Part shown: positions 35,901-47,500 of the stretch, one piece after another | Numbering within the stretch: the stretch's first letter is position 1 | How the letters are laid out: each line of letters starts with the position of its first letter | From: Carcharhinus longimanus | Taxonomy: Eukaryota | Reading direction: 5' to 3' | DNA length: 64,000 bases | NCBI GenBank assembly: GCA_030264375.1 | Contig: JASCQW010000132.1 | Coordinates: forward strand, 36,977,329 to 37,041,328 | Translations under genes and position numbers: made by a program | The notes under the pieces: generated by a model | What the model saw: the letters and a program-made list of their open reading frames with translations, nothing else | Told to the model about the DNA's origin: nothing | Databases searched by the model: none

Positions 35901-38900
35901 TTAGATATCTCTTGGACAAATCTATACTATTAACTCTCATCTTGATGTCATACCGTTCAAATTGTTCTTCTGCAGCAACCTCAACCATCCTTTTTATCTC
36001 TCCCATATTAAAATATACCTTACTATTAATTGTGGATTAACAGATCGTCCTGATGTGATTATTGGTTTGCTGCATGTCGGGACTTTTGACTAGAGGTATA
36101 AAAGTCTCATTAATTCGATAAAGTGCATCATTAAAACGTCTGCTTTTCCATCTTATCGATATGTTATGTATTGCGACTGCAAAATATTGTAAACTTTCAT
36201 ATGCGAAATATACTTTCTAAAATACAAGTTTTAACAATTCAGCTGATTGCATGGTTGTACAGCTTATGTCGCCGAATAAGACGCTGTTTGACCAAGGTGG
36301 GAAACAAGAAATCATTCTGCAAATGCGTGGGCAGTGTCTCTTTCTGATAGTGATGAATTAAAATAGACTGGTGCCTCTGACTAAAAAAATTATGAGCCGT
36401 GGTACAATATGAAGTTAAACAGGTCACTGGGCTTTTATTTATTTGGGGTAAAATTGATAAATAAGATTTGTTGACAATTGAGATTGAAGCTGTTGATATA
36501 CAATTCCATCCAAATATGGGTGACAGTTGGGATTTAAAGCAAGCACATTAAGTTCTACTGTCTTTAGTGATTTAAAAATATGTTCATAATTTAATTTGAA
36601 TAAAGCAATCTTATTTATCTCAATATATGAAAAAAGTGCAATATGATATTTTGTGTGAGTGAAAATCACGTCTGATTATTTACCTTACTGCTGGAGTATC
36701 CATCTCGTTTGACAGTTTTATTTCTGCAACTAATTTTTGTTTCCTATTTATCCCGGCATAGAGAAAATATCCCATAGTAAGAGTGGATTCTTTTGTGTTT
36801 GCCGAATATTCAAATGTGGCAAATCGGTGCCTCAAAATTATTTTACATTGCTGCTCCAAAATATATTTATCCACACTATGAGTTTAATGTATCAAGTGAG
36901 GAATCGTATGTATCTGCGGGAATCACCTGCTATTGTAATTAGAACAATCATTGTTGTCCTATGAAGGATGTTGCTGTCGCTGGGATCAAATCATTTACAA
37001 TGGTCTTATATTTGATTAAAATGACAGACAGCCACCTTGCTGTGCTATCTCGCTGTTATCAATTCAGACATCTAGACGTTGGATAAAAATACATATAAAA
37101 CCTCTGTGTGTGGTTGTATAAATACATTGGTGTATTTTCCCTTACATTTGAATCAAGGATTTTACACCTACACTTCAAATGATGTGGTAGCTAGTGACCA
37201 AAAAAAACAGCTCGTCATGCAAATCCATCCGGAGGCAACCTGTCTTTCGTGTACTTGTGGAAGGGCCTCGAAAAGCTTCTCTTCAGATTCAGCCCCTTGT
37301 TCCTGAACAGCCTGGGATATACGACGTTTAGTGATGTGCAAGAACGACCTGTCATTTTCTGTCAAATATTGATGGTGAAAAAAAAACTGATGGCAGAATT
37401 AAACAGCAAAAAAATGGTTGTATAAAATGCAAGTAATGACAGTAATTGTTCGGTAATTTTGTGAATTATACGCAGAAATTATTAAATATGCCTTCGTTGT
37501 TCTCAGTTTAGCATAGACAGGAGTTCCCCAAATGCCTTGCGTGCCCCAAATGGACGGCCATTACATTTTGCCCTTATGGTCCCCATAATCCAGTTTTATA
37601 CATTACATCAGCGGCATAAATTTAAAGTGATTTGACGATTATTCCATTGTTGTGTCTGTGTAGAATGTTCAATAGTGGCAAATGGAATATGTGCGTTGAA
37701 TTTGTCTCTCTATTTTCTGTTGAGTTTTTTTTACAGCACATTGTGCAAATCGTAATCCAGGATGCCTTTAATATCAATCAATATATCTTCACGGAGATGA
37801 AGGCCAGGTTGCAAAGATGACCTATACTTGGGCGAAGCGCAACTATTGTGAATGAGTCTCTGTTTTGACACATTTTATGATACTGTGAACCTAAGAATTC
37901 ATACAAACCAAGAACCGTTTAAGCGGAAGGCTAATAAAGAAGCATTAAAGATCTGCTTGTCGTCAGCAATAACTGCAATGATGCGTTGTCTCGTGCATTG
38001 ACCATTAAATTAAGTTTGATTGTAGAAATAACTAGCTCCCTTTCATCGCTTCAGTAACCCATCGCCCCTCTGCAGTTTAGTACTGTTGCGCCGCAAATGA
38101 CGCTTCTGTTCCGCCTAATATGCATTGGGTCACCCTAATTTCTAGACTTCCTCTCGGATTGCTTCTAAGTTTTTGTGTAGACCTTTTCCGCCGATCTATA
38201 GTGTATCATGTTCTGTTTTATACTTGTAAGAATAGTGCTTGGCTGTTGTGCACAACGTTTTTAATATACCTAGTCAAAGCGCTCAACTGCCGTACAAGAT
38301 TTTTTACACGCTGTCTGCAATCGACTCCCTTTATGCTTAACTGCCCGGTTAAAGAAAAGCTTCACGAAGATTAAATGATTAAGATATTCAAAAACCGGTC
38401 CACGCTGCTTTTTCTTCACCACTGTAAAATATAAAAGTTTAACGTTGTTGCCGACGTCTTCATGGCAGTTCCCAGATACCTGCTTCTCCAATAGCGAGGT
38501 GGCCATTGTGAAAACAGATTTCTATGAAAAGCACAAAATTCGTGCGATCCATCTAGCCTGTTTTTTTATCCAGCAGAAGAGAGAAACTTTGTTAATTTGA
38601 CTTGAATTTAACATACATGTCCAGTTTCACGAGACATTATGATATCCGTGTTTATGATCCTAGCTGTGAATGTTATGCTAATCTGCTGTGTGAACTGCGA
38701 GGAAGTTCACTCGTCTTATTCAGTGAGGGACTGTTGCAATACCATATTTATCACATGGAGATCTTTGTATGTGTGTGTGGGTGGGAGGGTTGCACGTTAG
38801 CCTTTAAAAGTACATTTGTGGAGGAACAATTTCCCATTTTCGGAAACGTAAAGAGGCGAATTTAAAATTGGTATTTTTTTAAAAATGTAAATATTCTGCA

Positions 38901-39659
38901 ATGCCTTTCGAATCCTGCAATCAGAAAGTTCCAATTAATACGTGGTTCCCTGTTAATGGCTTCATTCCATGGGCTCAGTTTATATGTTCTGAGGAATGGA
39001 AAATAAGCCTTGCGTGTAGCTAGTTGCAGACATTCGCCCAACGTTAGCATGGTCCGCTGTGCCTCAGCAAGGTTGCTTATTCATTCTGCAAATAACAGTT
39101 AAACAGGGAAATGCTAAATGCATGATTACAGACTTTTAGAGTTCTGTTCTATCCTGGGTATAATGTGAGCTTTATCCCCTTCACATTGTTAAACACGTGT
39201 TGATAAACCAATAAGACATTACACAAGAAATAAAATTCAATTTGGCTCAGAAGGCGCAATCTTGAGCCGCCTTTAGTGCAAACTCTAGGCTGAATCCGGA
39301 AGGGCGATTCCCCCAAGGCCCCCCCCCCGATAAAATATATTTTATATTCAAACCGCAAAATATTATTAATACCATCCTTATGAAAATGTGATTGGAACTT
39401 TTGACTTCGAGGGGTGAATCGCCCCGGAAGTCTGTGGGAGACCCTCTTGCTCTCAATAAATACAATATCCATATAGTATGTGTATCAATATTTTGAATCG
39501 AAAGCTCTGGTTGACCTAAAGCACGTGGAAAGTCAAGTATAAAACTATTAAGTGCAGGCTTCCTTTATGTACATTTATATCTATAACGTCGGAAGGCACA
39601 AGAATTAAATTCATAAAATAACCCAGGTAGCTTGCTGCTGCTGAAGCGCTTTTTTTTGG

Positions 39660-39990
39660 ATGATGTTTTGTCTTGGCGGGGGGAGGGGGGCGGTGGGGGT
39701 AGAGGTGGGNNNNNNNNNNNNNNNNNNNNNNNNNNNNNNNNNNNNNNNNNNNTGTATTTACTTCGCGAGAGGGTGGGAGTATAAGGCTATGCTAATTAGT
39801 GGGGGATTTTTGGAAGGGGGTGGAATATCAATTTTTATTGCATCACCTGTCAGTGACATCCAATCAGAGCTGGCTTTAGGGGAATTAATTGATGAAGGTG
39901 TCTCCCGACGAACTCACTTCACTCTGTCATCTTATTTGTGGGAGAAGCAGCGGCGGGAATAGCAGCTGCATTTTTTTCTCTCTCTCTTCA
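39660..39990 (+). promoter_or_regulatory. Probable SKIDA1 proximal promoter or 5' regulatory region
   Basis: G-rich GC boxes 39675-39709, TTCGCGAGA 39762-39770, ATGCTAAT 39789, TGTCAgTGACA 39848-39858 and CCAATCAG 39860-39867, 300-600 nt upstream of the CDS. Confidence 0.5.
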
Positions 39991-40293
39991 TTCTCTCATA
40001 CAATACAGTATATCCATGAGTATTTGGAAAAATTAAAAATCGCAGGTATAGCAATGCTCATAACTTGAAAACGAAGCTTCAGATAAAGAACACGCGATGC
40101 TTTTTTAAAAATATATATATATTTGTACCATATGTTATGTATTAAATATTTCCCAAAGTTTTTTTCCTCCTTTAATCAGCTGTATCGGAAACAATAATTA
40201 TATGTGTTTTCAAACAGGATGCCATGAGGAATGTCCAATTCTGCAGTCGATGTTCTTTTTCCAGCGAATGTGGGACATAATTTGGGTGGCGAA

Positions 40294-42747
40294 ATGGGAG
40301 ACTTGGAGTCGGGTTATGAAGAAGTGGATGGCGTGAGACTTGGCTATCTTATCATTAAGGGGAAACAAATGTTTGCGCTTTCCCAAGTATTCACTAATTT
40401 GCTGAAAAACATACCCAGGACGACCGTGCACAAAAGGATGGACCATCTCAACGTGAAGAAACATCACTGCGATTTGGAGGAATTGAGAAAGCTCAAGGCA
40501 ATAAATTCTATTGCTTTTCACGCAGCTAAATGCACTCTCATCTCTCGGGAAGACGTGGAAGCCCTGTACACTTCGTGCAAAACTGAACGAGTTCTTAAGA
40601 CCAAGAGGAGGAAAATAAACAGAACATTGCTATCAACCGAACTCAACCAGGAGAAAAGCCCCGGCGATCGCTACGCAAGTTTTTTGAAAGAGAACAAAGT
40701 TTGGTTGAGCTTGAACGGGAAACCCCAGCCTTTGGCTGGGATGAGCAGGGCTCTGCAAGGAGACGGCAGCTCGCTACCGGCCTCCAATCTACCTCAGTTC
40801 TACAGCAAATTCACCAGCCACAGTTACACTGAAATGATCCGGTCACACTGCAAAATCCCCCAAAACTACGAAACTGCTGAAATATCAAGCAACTGTGTAG
40901 CACTTCACACAAACCACTCCTTATTTCGGAGCATGATTTGCAGGCATCCCGTGTTTTACCAATCCGCCATCGCCTATTATCCCAAGTCGCCCAACGCTAC
41001 TGGTTTGACGTATTACTTCAGGCGCAAGAGTTCGTGTGAAATCACTCAAAAACATTTGGGGAGTGCGGGCACGACCAAGCGAGTCCTGCTGGCGGCAGCT
41101 ACTCCTAAATCTTGCAGGGCTAAAGGAGGCTATCAGCGCTTGAACAAATTCCATGTTGCCAGCGGATTGCATTGTAACCAGGGGCCCTCGCAGGAAAGCT
41201 GCAGCAGCGACTCCGAGTCGAGCTCCTTCTCGGGTCGTGCAGACAACGACTCGGACTTTGGGTCAAGTTTGTCCAGTTCCAGCAACTCGGCTTCTTCGGA
41301 CGAGGAGGAGGAGGACTCGGTGTCCGAATCCTCCGACGTGACCTCGGCCAGTGACGAAGACAGCTCGTCTGACTCGGATTCCAGCTCCGTCTCCAGCCAA
41401 GTTTCGGTTCAAAGCATACGGTTCAGGCGCACCAGTTTCTCCAGCATCTGCAGCAAACCTCTGGTCTTAACACAGCCGAGTTTCCACTACCAGTTCCAAT
41501 CCAAAAGCAACAATGTATTGTATGAAACAGCCAGTAGCGATCTCCTGGAAGGGCGAACTTCCCATTGTAATTTAAAGTCCGCAACTATTGTTAAGAGAAA
41601 CGAGCAGAACTGGACTATTAAGGCACACAACGTGTGCTGCTCAGCTGGCTATGGAAGTTGCTTTGCCGAGATAAACAACGACAGGATATCTGAGCTCGCC
41701 TTCCCACATTCCGAAATCTCACATTATCTGAAGAGGACTGACTCGGCGAGTAGCTGTGCTAAAGAAGGGGCCCCTGCACCTAACCCAAAGGGAAACACCG
41801 AGTTTCCACAACAAAGAACATTAACAGAGTCAAAGAAATGCCTTGGAGCATCTATATCACACTGTGCGGAAGAAAACAATGTGACAATAGTTTCCGAGCC
41901 TGCAGACAAGGATTCTCATTTAGCGGTAAACACAGAAAAAGAATCGAAAATCGGCAATTTCATCGCACTATCCTCAGCTTTCCAGAGTTTAAACTCAGAC
42001 AGCAGTCAGGGCTCCGGCGTCCGCATCCAGAGTGACGGTACAGAAATGGGCAAAGCAATTATGCACAATATCACAGTGAAGCTAGAAGAAAATAGCTGCG
42101 AGGAAGAGTACGGATATGTGACTCAGCAGCCTAGGAAGAAACTCAAGTACGCGTGCAATGTATCGAAGCGAGCAGTCACCACTTTAAGGGAAAATAAAAT
42201 ACGAGACTGTTTTTCGACTAAAGCAAAAGAAAGCCATGTGTGCACTGAAAAGGCAACCACGTCCCAAAACACATGCAGACGGAGCGAAGACCTTCAACGC
42301 ACTTTAAACATTCCAGTATTAGAGGACTGCGAATTTCGAAACGGTGCAAGGATAAGAAGGAATTACAGGACTTTAGTGTTGGGGAAACAGCACACTTTGC
42401 AAAACTCGTCAGTCAAAACAATTGTGAAATCAGAGAATCCGCGTCTTACAGGTAAAACAGATGTGCATGAAGGAACACTAGAAGAATTTGCTGGTACAAA
42501 TAAACGTAAACGAGTAGCCAATGGTGTAGCATCCACGGTGAAAAGGCCATTTAATTTCATGGCAAATTTTCCCTCTCCACCGTCACTAATTATTGGCAAC
42601 GATGGGGATTTGTGCCCTGCTTATTCACTGAACTCTACTAAGGATCCCGAAGCACCTCAGAAGGCCCATCCCGTGTGGAAATGGCAGATGGGTGGTGCTG
42701 TAATACCTCTCCCGCCTAGCCATAAATTCAGACGATTTAACTTATGA
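40294..42747 (+). CDS. SKIDA1: SKI/DACH domain-containing protein 1, single coding exon, 817 aa from the conserved ATG (838 aa if ATG 40231 is used)
   Basis: N-terminal Ski/Sno/Dach domain MGDLESGYEEVDGVRLGYLIIKGKQMFALSQVF...AAKCTLISREDVEALYTSCKTERVLKTKRR. Ser/acidic block ESCSSDSESSS...SSQVSVQSIRFRRTSF. C-terminal region shared with EPOP (FMANFPSPPSLIIGNDGDLCPAYSL...WKWQMGGAVIPLPPSHKFRRF). Strong Kozak context GAAATGG at 40294. Head-to-head with MLLT10, as in other vertebrates. Confidence 0.96.
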   Translation: MGDLESGYEEVDGVRLGYLIIKGKQMFALSQVFTNLLKNIPRTTVHKRMDHLNVKKHHCDLEELRKLKAINSIAFHAAKCTLISREDVEALYTSCKTERVLKTKRRKINRTLLSTELNQEKSPGDRYASFLKENKVWLSLNGKPQPLAGMSRALQGDGSSLPASNLPQFYSKFTSHSYTEMIRSHCKIPQNYETAEISSNCVALHTNHSLFRSMICRHPVFYQSAIAYYPKSPNATGLTYYFRRKSSCEITQKHLGSAGTTKRVLLAAATPKSCRAKGGYQRLNKFHVASGLHCNQGPSQESCSSDSESSSFSGRADNDSDFGSSLSSSSNSASSDEEEEDSVSESSDVTSASDEDSSSDSDSSSVSSQVSVQSIRFRRTSFSSICSKPLVLTQPSFHYQFQSKSNNVLYETASSDLLEGRTSHCNLKSATIVKRNEQNWTIKAHNVCCSAGYGSCFAEINNDRISELAFPHSEISHYLKRTDSASSCAKEGAPAPNPKGNTEFPQQRTLTESKKCLGASISHCAEENNVTIVSEPADKDSHLAVNTEKESKIGNFIALSSAFQSLNSDSSQGSGVRIQSDGTEMGKAIMHNITVKLEENSCEEEYGYVTQQPRKKLKYACNVSKRAVTTLRENKIRDCFSTKAKESHVCTEKATTSQNTCRRSEDLQRTLNIPVLEDCEFRNGARIRRNYRTLVLGKQHTLQNSSVKTIVKSENPRLTGKTDVHEGTLEEFAGTNKRKRVANGVASTVKRPFNFMANFPSPPSLIIGNDGDLCPAYSLNSTKDPEAPQKAHPVWKWQMGGAVIPLPPSHKFRRFNL

Positions 42748-44520
42748 AAAGAGATATTTTGGATAAGGAAACTTCTGCTTGTGCAAATTTATATTAAAAG
42801 AATTACTTTCCTGTTTTCTTTGCCATGAGCCATGACCGGATATTAAGTCTCGACACACAGCAAATTTTCATATTGGAATATTGTTTTAAAGACCTAAAAA
42901 TCTTTCCGTGTGGATTATTCTTTTGATTTACCAAACACTGCTATCTACTGATGGAGGCATTCCACCGTACACTTTCTGAACTACTAATGTCACTTTGAGG
43001 TTGTTTTACACTTGTTTTCAAGCATAAAATAAAAAAAATCAATGTTCAAATTATATAGTCAGTACCTCCACAAGGTTACTGCACACTGTACGTCAGAAGT
43101 CGACATAGTGAAATGTTAGAAATGAGCCATTAAATTTATGCACTACAGTTTTAAATCGCAAATGACTTGATGTTTTGCCTGAGTGATTGATTATGCTGTA
43201 TTGAATCCGTGGCAAAGTATGAATGTGTGTTTAACTTAAAAAAGGAAAAAAATGTACTTTCATCTAAGTCAATATGGCCGTCATTCTACACAAAATAAGC
43301 TTTTATCTGGAAAATGTCCTTATCATTAGTGCGTAGATAGATAAGCGTAAGCAGGTTACTGATTTCAAAGCTTTGTTGTCTTTAGTTCTTAAACGTAAAA
43401 TAATTGCTTTAAATGCTCACCATTGGAACTCTGAGAATAGCTACAAAATTAACCCTAGTTATAGTGCTAATGTTTCATAAGTGTTTTCATCTGACCTAAC
43501 TTTATACAGACTTGCACACAAGTAACTAAGATAAAAGCAACAAAATAAATCACTGATTAAGGAATGCATACGAAGCAGAATCAATCAACAGTCAGGGATT
43601 TTTAATTTTGGTGACAATTAGGTTTTAACATTTAACTTGAAGACAATGAAGAAATAATACAGGCACATGGCCCACCATACAACTTACAGCTTTCAGGCCT
43701 TACAAAGAATCAGAAACTAAACTAATGCTGCGTATGATGCAGATAGTAAAGATTCGTCAAACATACCAGGAATGCTGCAAATGACAATCATTCAACCATA
43801 TTTACATTTACACAAAAAATCGAAGCTTGTAAATCCAAATTGCATTGGGTGAATTGGATGAGACATCTTTTATTTACTGTAGTCAGGGGGCTTACTCCAC
43901 AAAATCTAGTGTTTGCACTGTTAATATTATATAATTTAGCCTTGCATTGTAAAGAATCATAAATGATGTAGATGTAGCTGGACCTCATTTGTTTCTTTTA
44001 GAATCTAATATGTTATTATTTACACAATGCTTGAAGTGCAAGGGGTAAAGTCACTTGGCATTTTAATTTAAGAATTACAATTACATGGATTGGCAAACAG
44101 TATGTTAATTAAATATTTTGCACACAATGAGAGCGTTTTAGTTCTCTGAGATATGCAAGATAAGATGGTTGTTGAAAATAAAGATGTTGTAAACTTTGTG
44201 AAACTGAATCAAAGGGAAATACAGAGAAATGAATGATTTAGACCGATATGTTACATTCGTGCTTTGCACAAACACGTAAGTGTCTAGGTGGCTGGAAAAT
44301 GGTAAATGGTGTTGGTAAATTTACTTTTCAGGATGCATAACCAGGTCTGGCAATATAACAGAATTACAAAGAGAACAACCACGTGAATAACAGAAACATA
44401 AAATGAAAGTTCTCTTTTGTTGCCACTATCTTCTGCGCATCTTTTTACGTAAATGACTTACAGTCAAATATTTATAGAATTGTTACATAAATGATGAATC
44501 AGAACGTGCAGAATAAAAGT
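42748..44520 (+). other. Probable SKIDA1 3' UTR with several candidate polyadenylation signals
   Basis: AT-rich and repeat-free. AATAAA at 43028, 43544, 44177 and 44512. The true 3' end cannot be determined. Confidence 0.4.
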
Positions 44521-47500
44521 ACACTAGTAACTAACGGTGCTGTTAGCAGTGTCAGTAGATACCACTCTGAATCCCCCTATCACCACAGACTAGTCCCTTG
44601 TTATATCTCCCAAGGTCACTCGATATTCGAACCAGACAGTGGGTAATTTCAGCTTTCAATACTATCCTCTATGTTTCTCATGCACCATTAATGTACATGT
44701 TTTTAGAAACGTTTTACAATAATGGGTAAAACAGTAGCTTTTACTTTTACTTTATTGTAATCCACAGCGAATTTATTCCTAATCCATGTACATAAATGGG
44801 TGAAATTTTCAACCAGCAAAAAACGCATGACACATTGCTTATTTAAGTTAATGTGCTGCTAACTGTAGAGCACTTTGCCATTGTTGACATATGTGACTTA
44901 TTAGCAGTCTATATTGCAATGATTTATCCTAAGAGTCTTGGTTTTGAAAAGGGTGTTCTCATTGGTCAAGCACTGATTAAAAACCATTTGAAATACTGTA
45001 AAATTAATGATGGAAAGACCATCCAACAAATGTTACTTTCTCCAAAACAACTTCATTTTGTGTTATTTTCCATGCAGACTCAATAATTATTCACCCAGCA
45101 GTCATAATTTAATGAAAGCATGTATCTCTATGTGTGTAAAGGGTTGTTCAGAAGGTCAAACAATGATTTAAGCATATTCATATAGGTGATGTAGTTGAAT
45201 GCATTTTGGTGTTGAAACAACAACAGTCTTGTATGAACATTGAATTCACACGGTTGTATTGAGTGATCTCGATTTCTTTCAAAAATGTGAAAATCATTGT
45301 TGCTGTGCTCTTCTACGTTATAAAAGTTTTTTTTCATGTTGCCCTGCTAACGCATTTTTTGGTCTGCTTTAACACGTCCCCACCTCTGTTTTAGCTCTTT
45401 TTAACTTTGAGGCGGCCTGAAATTAATGCAGTAAAAGGCTGGTAAATTTTTGCATGAGGCTCTCACAATAGGGGTTTAGTGGACTGACAGTTTCAAAACA
45501 AGGCCGCTTGCCTCTCCAGATGCTTGGGTTTCTCTCACACCATCCTTCGTATTTAATTCTCCGCCGCGCATACCTTAGTTTGCAATGTAAAGATTGCAAC
45601 AGCTGTGTTTGCAAACAAAGACCATTTTCAGGGTCAGTGCCACTTATTTTATAGTTACTAAAACTGGTATGATCTGCGAAACTGCAAATGCCTATGTTCC
45701 ACGGCAAATATAATGAATGGGCTACATTGTTTAGCTGGTTGGTTGAAGGGATTATACGTTAACGTAAAGGTTTTGTCTTTCACATAATGATTTATATATA
45801 CATATATACACACACACACATAATGATATGTATATGTATATAAATCTGCGTTCAAATAATGACGATGATTATCCCAAACAAGCTGTTGAAGTAAATAAAA
45901 CAACAGTAGTAGATATCTTCTTATATCCTGTAGGAAATGCTTAAAATTTCCGCCATATTGCTCCACTGATCTCAAGGTCTTTGTTGTTATTCAGTTAGAA
46001 CTAGTGTTTACTGAATTTGTGACTACCTCATTAGTTTAGGCGGAACAGATCTTCCTTTTAGTGTGATTTATAACATACGCTCCTCTGACATTTTTTTCTC
46101 CACAATATTAAGCAGCAGCATGCTAAGGAATAAACTGGAATTAAACTCCATTAAAGATGGCGAATCTGTGTGTGGTTAGCAATTTGCCCTCTCTTTCCCG
46201 CAGTTCACATGTTAATTTCGCTGTTAAGCAGGGTTGTCCAGTTTTCTTTTGTGCCGCTGGCTTGCTGTTCCAAAAGCATCCCCAAAATAAAGCAAATTAA
46301 ACTAAATCACAGCAATCTAAGCTTCAGCATTCCTCCTCATCGGAGTTAATGAAATTCGACAGTTAATAACGCCGATTAAAAAAAACTTTACATCTTTAGG
46401 TTTCAAATCCACATTTTTAATCGTCTAATGGGTTTCTGAAGTCACGATTAGGCAGATAAAATAAAAGCTGCTTTGGGAGTCTGAATAGGATGAACTTTAT
46501 CACAGCAAACATTAAAAACGTTTAGAACTGCAATAAAAAAAACTCTCACAATGAGACACTTTGATTTAATACGGATAGCATCGGAATGCAGTAGATGGAG
46601 TTTGGTTAAAAATACGAGATGGGCACAGCTAGAATGCGTGTGCGTCTCCTGAAACCCAGTTTACTTACAAAGCGTGTGAAATTACGCACTGCTCTGCTAA
46701 AGACTGGATAATTTATCGTAAATAGTCAGCTCTTTGTAAACGACTTTATTATGTTGTTTCTTGTTAATTGTTGAGAATCCCCATTGTTAGATGTGAATAG
46801 GTTTATGGGCTAACCTGGTCATTGCTGCAATCAAGAGACAGTAAATGCTTGCAGTGGTGTGCCTTAAAACACAGGAATCTAAAATGCAATCTGGGCGACC
46901 TGTTCACAAAAAATTAGGTGCACTGATACGCTGGGCTGTCATGCTTAATGAGCGCAATACCAAAACGTTATATTGAGATCAACAGCAACCCACAGCTGTT
47001 AAAATGACAGTACGATTCTTATGATCTTTGTAAATTATCAATTTGACACAAATCAATCTATGAAACCGGCTTTTATTTTAAATGACTCTACATTTGTGAC
47101 ATCACGTCCCTTCTTCGGAGTAGAATTAGCCCGTCTTGGATTTCAAGTTAGAAGATGAGATAACCCTGTGCATGCTCACACATTTTACCCAGAGATAAAA
47201 AAAATCGACAGAATCAAATGATTGAATACAGATTACTGCTAATTTTAATACAATATGTCGTAATTGGATTCTGGTATTGTGTGAAGTTTCTGTTTGTTGA
47301 AGAAATATGGAAAATTCTTGATGTACAGACGACCCACTAAACACACTGTTTACGGATTCAGGAACAATCCATCAAAGAACATTTGTGAAGCATTTCACAA
47401 TCAGGAAAATCGTTGAGCTATCAAATTATCGATTTTATTGGAATCTCACGATTTAATCTTTAACATCGCCCCTTTATTGTCTTAGATTTGAGACGCTGGC

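Noticed and set aside
40210-42599. Antisense and alternate-frame ORFs inside SKIDA1 (e.g. 40210-40521, 40921-41172, 42363-42599)
   Set aside because: Expected shadows of a long coding exon, with no recognisable features.
10940-42747. Alternative call as the paralogous pair MLLT6 (AF17) and EPOP
   Set aside because: The MVSS N-terminal extension, EMIGG, a full Ski/Dach domain and colinear similarity to SKIDA1 along the whole protein favour MLLT10 and SKIDA1.
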